From Macrostomum lignano (Eukaryota): 64,000 bases of DNA. The DNA lies in the NCBI GenBank assembly GCA_002269645.1, contig NIVC01000762.1:186001-250000 (forward strand), read 5' to 3'. Each line of letters begins with the position of its first letter. Positions within the stretch are counted from its first letter, which is position 1. Shown here one piece after another: positions 61,069 to 64,000 of this stretch. The notes beneath the pieces are model-generated. The model was not told where the DNA came from, ran no database searches, and saw only the letters and a program-made list of their open reading frames with translations. The position numbers and the translations under genes were made by a program.

Positions 61069-62178
61069 TGAGGTTTGCTTTCGCCTTGAAGATGCGACGT
61101 TAGCAACGCCTACACGGGGCTTCTTGTTGTCGCCACGCATGGCGCTGGCCAGGGCCTCTTTGAGGTGCGACTCGCACAGACCCGCCTCGACCACCGGCCT
61201 TCCGCACTTCCCGTCCTCCAGACCGCCTCCTGACGTCTCCTTCTGCTCCTGGACGCTGCACCGACCTCCAGCGCCCGCCACTCCGACAAGCTCCAGCTGA
61301 ACGCCCCGCTCCAGCGCCGTCTGCCGAACCTTCTCCAACGGCCAGTCTCTGAACGTCTCCACGCACTCCGACCCGTGGTGGCAGTGCAGTCCCTTGTTCC
61401 CGCCGCAGCACTCCTGTCGAACAAACAGACTGCCGCAGTCGCTGCAGAACTCCGCCTTGCACTGCCTGCACGTCAGGTGAAGACAGCCGCCTCGAGACAG
61501 CTCGAACTGGAAGCCGCACTTTGGACACGAGCTGCCCCGACTCTCCAGGAACTGCGCCAGTCCGCGCTCGCTCAAGTCCGTCTGCTGACGCCACTCGCCG
61601 AACTGCTGGCAGCTCACGCCTCGGTGCCGCTCGTGCCACGCCTTGCCGCACTTCCTGCACGTCTCCTTGCCGCAGTGCGGGCACCGCACCTGCCTGTCGT
61701 GGTGCTCCGACACCTCGAAACCGTTCGAGCACCCGCTGCACCAGCAGAAGTTGTCCGTCAGCTTCAGTCGCCAGTCGCGCAGTCTCTCATCCAGCTTCTT
61801 CATCACTGCGGGCTTCAGCTGGCCCGCCAGCAGCCTCCGAAGCAGCGGAAAGTACTCGCACGAAGTGTCCGTCAGAGCTCGGTCGTCCAGCTCGTCGCAC
61901 ACCGGACACGTCAGCACCGACACCGAGCTGTCGTTCATCAGGCGCACCTCGATCTGCTGGCACAGACAGTCGCTGCAGACCTCGCAGCCGCACAGGGGAA
62001 CTTCGACCAGCTTCTTCTCGTCGGTGCACACCGGGCACTCTGCTGATGTCTGCAGCTCTGAGAGGTCAGTGGACTTTCCGCACACTGAGCAGATCAGCCT
62101 TCTGTGCAGTTGGCGACCCTGTGCTCCATCATTGATGAAGGTACAGTGCGGACACTGCCACTGCGATCGGCGTGGCAT
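61069..62178 (-). CDS. Gene J exon 1: NZF, intact F-type RBR, truncated LDD (499 aa if spliced to exon 2)
   Basis: RBR nearly identical to F, G and H. Donor TCA|GTAAGC at 61068 gives an 86-nt phase-0 intron. TTTCAG acceptor about 20 nt before the ATG. Confidence 0.88.
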
Positions 62179-62877
62179 GTTAGATTGTTCAATCCAACTG
62201 AAATGAATTTTAAGAAACAATGACTAGCCATTTAGAATAGAACCGGGAGTTTTAAAGCTCCTAAGCCTTTTCATACTTACGCTAAGCTCAAACTTTGTCG
62301 CTAAAAGAAGTGGCTGTGCTTTGAAGTAAAAAAAAGAGCAAAGTAGAAGACTCTGAAATGTTGCTCGAAAAAATAACCGATATATTTTTAGACAAACAGG
62401 CACTTTTGTAATAACACATCAGCTGATAAATAGATCAGCACGAAGCGTGTAACACACAAAGTGTCAATATCATTCAAGCAGTTTTATCAGGACCAAAATG
62501 AAGGGTTAAATAACTAGAAATGAGCACATTGTGACAAATACGATTGCCTCCAGTCATTATACTGTAATTGAATTATAGTCAATCATGCCATTAACCAACT
62601 GCCATTATCATTTGCTAATATAGAAAACTTTAAGTATAATTATTGCATGGCTCAGTATGTCAACAGTACAACCAGCAACATTGAGACATCAACGCTGAGA
62701 CCAAAAAAGTGAAAAAGCAAATGATTAAAACGAAAATACTATAAATTTGCACACCTGCGACAAAGACAAAAAGTCGCACAAGTCTTCATGAAACATGAAA
62801 TGCTGCATCAGGTCTTCGATTTTGCACTAATAGCTGGTGAAAAACCACAAAAACTTTAGCATGATCCAAAGCAGCGT

Positions 62878-63185
62878 TTTAGTTAGAGGCAGCCAGGGGC
62901 TGCGTGCACCAGCTGGCGCACTTTAAGCGACATTGTCACACAACCGGCGAGAGGCATTACTGCCCATTCCGCCGACTCCCCTGAGCAGGCACACAAGCGC
63001 GCAGATACGTACGCAGTCATACGCACAGGCACATGTACACATGTACACTTCACTGTGCCTTGGGGGTTGGCACTCAAGGCCGTTAATTGCACAAGCAGAG
63101 CCAAGCCGAGATTCCAATTCAGCCCCAAATTAATGTGACTGCACTTGGAATCGAGCCTGGGCCACTGAGCTACGGGTCCCCTCTA
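62878..63185 (-). mobile_element. Dispersed repeat family 2, probably a SINE
   Basis: Inverted homolog of 32360-32735. Confidence 0.7.
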
Positions 63186-63690
63186 AAACAGCCAAGTTAC
63201 TAGGACTAGGGCAAACTGTTGTTACACTGACAAATAGAACGCTCTTTTTCCCCAAATATTAGCTAAATAATTCAATTAATATTTATATAAATTGCACGGC
63301 ACTAAATGAAGCGGTCGTTTTCTGCTTTTGCGGCTAATTTAGAGTTAAACTAAGTCATCTAACGCTTACTGACAACACATGATAAAAGCAGTAATCATTA
63401 TTTATTAGAAATGCTAGGCTGAGCATCAAACATAAATGTTTATTAAAAAATATAATAATTTGACTAAAATATATCGGAGTATTTGCATTCGTGTGGAGAC
63501 AATTTGATGAGATTGGAGAGAAAAAAATGCTAGCTTAAATACATTAGACTCCTTGAGAGATTGGTAAAAATCACTCTGCATTAGATATTAGATAAGGATA
63601 TTGAGTAATTAGAAGCTAAATACTTGCATAATACAATTGGAACAATTCAAAAGTATTTTATTCAACATTGCCGTCTACATTCTGTGCGAT

Positions 63691-64000
63691 TTAATTCTGT
63701 TGTTGATAGTGGTAAGATTTTAGATTCTGTTGAGTCGCATTTATTGGCTGAAACGGGCTCGTGAACTGCTGCATTCTTGAGTTCATGCTCTGCATTGGCG
63801 GTACTGGTGAGTTCATGCTCTGCATTGGCGGTACTGGTGAGTTCATGCTCTGCATTGGCGGTACTGGTGAGTTCATGCTCTGCATTGGCGGTACTGGTGA
63901 GTTCATGCTCTGCATTGGCGGTACTGGTGAGTTCATGCTCTGCATTGGCGGTACTGGTGAGTTCATGCTCTGCATTGGCTGCATTGGCTGCATTGAGTTC
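63691..64000 (-). repeat. 30-bp tandem repeat reading MQSMNSPVPP; possibly the 3' end of a gene running off the window
   Basis: About 6 perfect units in an open frame ending in TAA at 63691; no domain evidence. Confidence 0.6.

Noticed and set aside
37958-62206. Long plus-strand and alternative-frame ORFs over the RBR cassettes
   Set aside because: Expected shadows of very GC-rich coding sequence; repeated with the cassette and lacking motifs of their own.

Overview
Eukaryotic, animal-like genomic DNA: intron-poor genes, many micro- and minisatellites, SINEs and MITEs. It may come from a flatworm or similar invertebrate, but that is only a guess. All recognisable genes are on the minus strand. 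(1) 0.2-9.7 kb: a Cys-loop chloride-channel locus with two paralogous large exons (signal peptide, ligand-binding domain, TM1-TM2) but only one visible TM3-TM4 exon. Both large exons can splice to it in frame. (2) 18-62 kb: a tandem array of about ten HOIP/RNF31-like RBR ubiquitin-ligase paralogs built from shuffled modules (B-box, NZF, RING1, IBR, RING2, LDD, coding repeats, a filamin-type domain). The array contains apparently active ligases, catalytically dead versions, two proteins pairing an active and a dead RBR, truncated or pseudogenised copies, and an in-frame TGA shared by three copies. Domain calls come from reading motifs by eye; no database search was run. Some single-base indels may be long-read errors.
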